The notes under the pieces: model-generated
The model's database searches: none
Told to the model about the DNA's origin: nothing
What the model saw: the letters and a program-made list of their open reading frames with translations, nothing else
Assembly: GCA_965217895.1 (NCBI GenBank)
Contig: CBDCJV010000002.1
Coordinates: 3,008,001-3,072,000 of the forward strand
Origin: Waterburya sp.
Lineage (GTDB): Bacteria; Cyanobacteriota; Cyanobacteriia; Cyanobacteriales; Xenococcaceae
Reading direction: 5' to 3'
Length of the DNA stretch: 64,000 nucleotides
Translations under genes and position numbers: made by a program
Shown here: positions 61,802 through 64,000 of the stretch, in pieces
How positions within the stretch are numbered: the first letter of the stretch is position 1
How the letters are laid out: every line of letters begins with the position of its first letter

Positions 61802-61947
61802 AATAATTGGTAATGATAAAATTTCTGAACGTTCTTAAATTTTGTCATTAAAGTCACAGAATAAAAAACAGCACCCTATCACAATTTATTTATACTCTTC
61901 TTATTTGCTTTTTTCGGTGGATGTAAAATGTGAACTTAGTATGACAA

Positions 61948-62415
61948 CTAACCGCTCACCCAGACATACTCAGAAAATATCATGGCAATACTAATTCCTA
62001 AGCTTAGACCAACTAGAACTTGAAAAGGCGTGTGTCCCAACAGCTCTTTTAGTCTTTCTTCATTTAAATTATGCTTTTCTTGAAACAGTTCATCAATTAG
62101 CTGATTAAGAATTTTTGCTTGTTTCCCTGCTGCTTGACGTACCCCCGCAGCATCATACATGACAATGATGGCAAAGAGACAGGCGATCGCAAATTCGGCA
62201 GAAGACCAACCTTTTAGTGAGCCAACGCTAGTAGCTAACGCACCAACTAAGGCTGAATGGGCGCTAGGCATTCCTCCAGGAGAAAGTAAATAAGTTATGT
62301 TGAGCTGACGATTTTGGATTAGATCGATGACTAGCTTTAATCCCTGTGCTGAAATACAGGCTAAGAGTGCCACCATTAGTATCTGATTGTGTAAAATACC
62401 AGCAACTTCCTGCAT
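61948..62415 (-). CDS. Divergent PAP2 family protein (DUF212)
   Basis: GGMPSAHS, VMYDAAGVR, LKELLGHTP. Confidence 0.93.
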   Translation of the reverse strand: MQEVAGILHNQILMVALLACISAQGLKLVIDLIQNRQLNITYLLSPGGMPSAHSALVGALATSVGSLKGWSSAEFAIACLFAIIVMYDAAGVRQAAGKQAKILNQLIDELFQEKHNLNEERLKELLGHTPFQVLVGLSLGISIAMIFSEYVWVSG

Positions 62416-62462
62416 GGTTTATCTTCTTGCCCCAAAAATATTATCTGATATAGAGTTTCGTT

Positions 62463-63383
62463 CTAGCGATCGCGAGTGACGATATATTTAGCTACAGCCC
62501 TTAACGGCTCGGCTTTTGCACCATAGGTTGATAGCTGGGCGATCGCACTATCTACTAACTCCTGTGCTTTGAAACGGGATTTTTCTAATCCCCACAAGCT
62601 TGGATAGGTGGCTTTCTGTGCCTCTAAATCTTTGCCAGCGGTTTTGCCCAACTGTTCGTCTGTCGCTGTAATATCTAAAATATCATCAATTATCTGAAAA
62701 GCCAGACCAATATTTTGAGCATAGTTGGACAGCCTCTTTATATCAGCTTTTTGGGCATCGGCTAAAATTGCTCCTGACACCACGGAGGCATTTAGTAACG
62801 CCCCTGTCTTATGAGTGTGAATAAAACTGAGGGTTTCAGCCGTAATGTCTGATTTTCCCTCTGATTCTAAATCTAAAACCTGTCCGCCAACCAAACCCGC
62901 AGCACCTACAGTGTGTCCTAAACAAGCCACAACTTTGATAATGTTTTCTGCTTTGACGTTTTGGGTTTGCGTGGCAACATATTCAAAGGCATAAGCCAGC
63001 AAGCCATCTCCTGCTAGGATAGCAATATCATCGCCATAAACTTTGTGATTAGTTAGCTTTCCTCGACGAAAATCATCATTATCCATGGACGGTAGGTCAT
63101 CGTGGATCAAAGACATGGTATGAATCATTTCTAAGGCACAGGCGGTAGGCATCGCCATTTCTATACTGCCACCAATTAGCTCACAGGTTGCCAAACAAAG
63201 AATTGGACGTAGGCGTTTGCCTCCGGCTAGCAATGAATAGCGCATTGCCTCGTAGATTTTCTCTGGTCTAGCGACCGTAATTGAGCGATCTAACGCTTGT
63301 TCAACAAGAACTTTTTTTTGCTTTAAATAATTGTTCAAGTCAAACTTTTTAGGCCCGCTCAGCTTTTTGTCGGCTTGTACCAT
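62463..63383 (-). CDS. crtE: Geranylgeranyl diphosphate synthase
   Basis: [31 protein letters not shown]. Confidence 0.95.
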   Translation of the reverse strand: MVQADKKLSGPKKFDLNNYLKQKKVLVEQALDRSITVARPEKIYEAMRYSLLAGGKRLRPILCLATCELIGGSIEMAMPTACALEMIHTMSLIHDDLPSMDNDDFRRGKLTNHKVYGDDIAILAGDGLLAYAFEYVATQTQNVKAENIIKVVACLGHTVGAAGLVGGQVLDLESEGKSDITAETLSFIHTHKTGALLNASVVSGAILADAQKADIKRLSNYAQNIGLAFQIIDDILDITATDEQLGKTAGKDLEAQKATYPSLWGLEKSRFKAQELVDSAIAQLSTYGAKAEPLRAVAKYIVTRDR

Positions 63384-63698
63384 ACTGCACGATAATGTCT
63401 TATTTAATCATCTTTTATAATCCTATTATCCCTCGACGGGTTACTTTAACCAAATAACAGGTATCTTAACTTAATAGAAATAATAGAAGTTGGAATATTG
63501 CCACTTTATCGAAGATGTCGCTCGGTTTTACTGAAAATTAAAAACCAATGCAGTCGTTATCGTGACTGTATTAGTGAAGAGATCGCTAGTACCAGCGATC
63601 GCCATGATAGATAATTAAGCAAAAGAATTTGCCAACCAATTAACTTTTAGTCGAGACGATAATGCTCTCGTATTGAATTAGTGTAGCTCGTATCTTCT

Positions 63699-64000
63699 TC
63701 AATCATTTCTCTTCCAAGTAAAATGGAGCTTATTTTTGATTTTTTTTAATAAATTAAACAACCAAAAATCACCAAAAGGATTTATATATTTGGCTAAAGT
63801 CCAAACTAATAAACAAGGGTGGGCAACAACCTGTAGTAAAGGAAGATCATCTTCCGAATCAGTGACAACGATTGCTGAATGAATTTGGGAGTCTGACAAT
63901 GCTGAGCGCATCATTAATAGCTTACCTTGATGGCGATCGCTTGCTCCTTGCCAAAATCGACAGCCAACTAGGCGATCGTATCTAATGGGCAGATGTTTGA
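63699..64000 (-). CDS. C-terminal part of a HAD-like hydrolase (starts outside the window)
   Basis: Frame open to the window edge; GK...VVTDSEDDLPLL resembles HAD motifs III/IV. Confidence 0.6.
   Translation of the reverse strand, partial: KHLPIRYDRLVGCRFWQGASDRHQGKLLMMRSALSDSQIHSAIVVTDSEDDLPLLQVVAHPCLLVWTLAKYINPFGDFWLFNLLKKIKNKLHFTWKRND

Larger units (their letters stand above)
1..64000. repeat. HIP1 octamer (GCGATCGC) dispersed throughout
   Basis: Dozens of copies in coding and intergenic DNA (e.g. 1253, 3204, 16391, 31998, 32018); a cyanobacterial hallmark. Confidence 0.97.

Noticed and set aside
63540..63705. Interrupted reading frame downstream of the HAD-like gene
   Set aside because: Short, broken by stops, with no recognisable family.

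Overview
AT-rich cyanobacterial chromosome segment. The HIP1 octamer GCGATCGC is abundant and psbM, ccmS, crtD and crtE are present; a Pleurocapsales-like origin is only an inference. Most of it is housekeeping: secA, gyrA, holA, mnmG, hemC, tRNA-Val(GAC), tRNA-Arg(TCT) and a complete pix/tax1-type phototaxis operon. An accessory stress-type block at about 6-16 kb holds NDH-2, LRAT, baeRF, DUF2267, topoisomerase IB, DUF2945-DUF3140, a Doc/AbrB TA pair and DedA. Intergenic DNA is dense with several MITE families, nested small dispersed repeats, heptamer arrays and IS remnants. The most interesting observation is a TIR-bounded element present in two states. One copy (4238-4815) carries a four-helix-bundle (23S-IVS/bAvd-like) gene, missed by the ORF track because of an in-frame TGA, between two complementary heptamer arms. 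The other (51918-52062) is empty, with the arms joined as a hairpin. The same arm pair brackets the 4-kb cheA/pixL gene in the same orientation, suggesting a heptamer-arm 'gene-bracketing' system. Also found: an orphan IS200/IS605 right-end (omega-RNA-like) remnant that supplies a host stop codon, a candidate multi-stem ncRNA, and several small genes absent from the ORF track.
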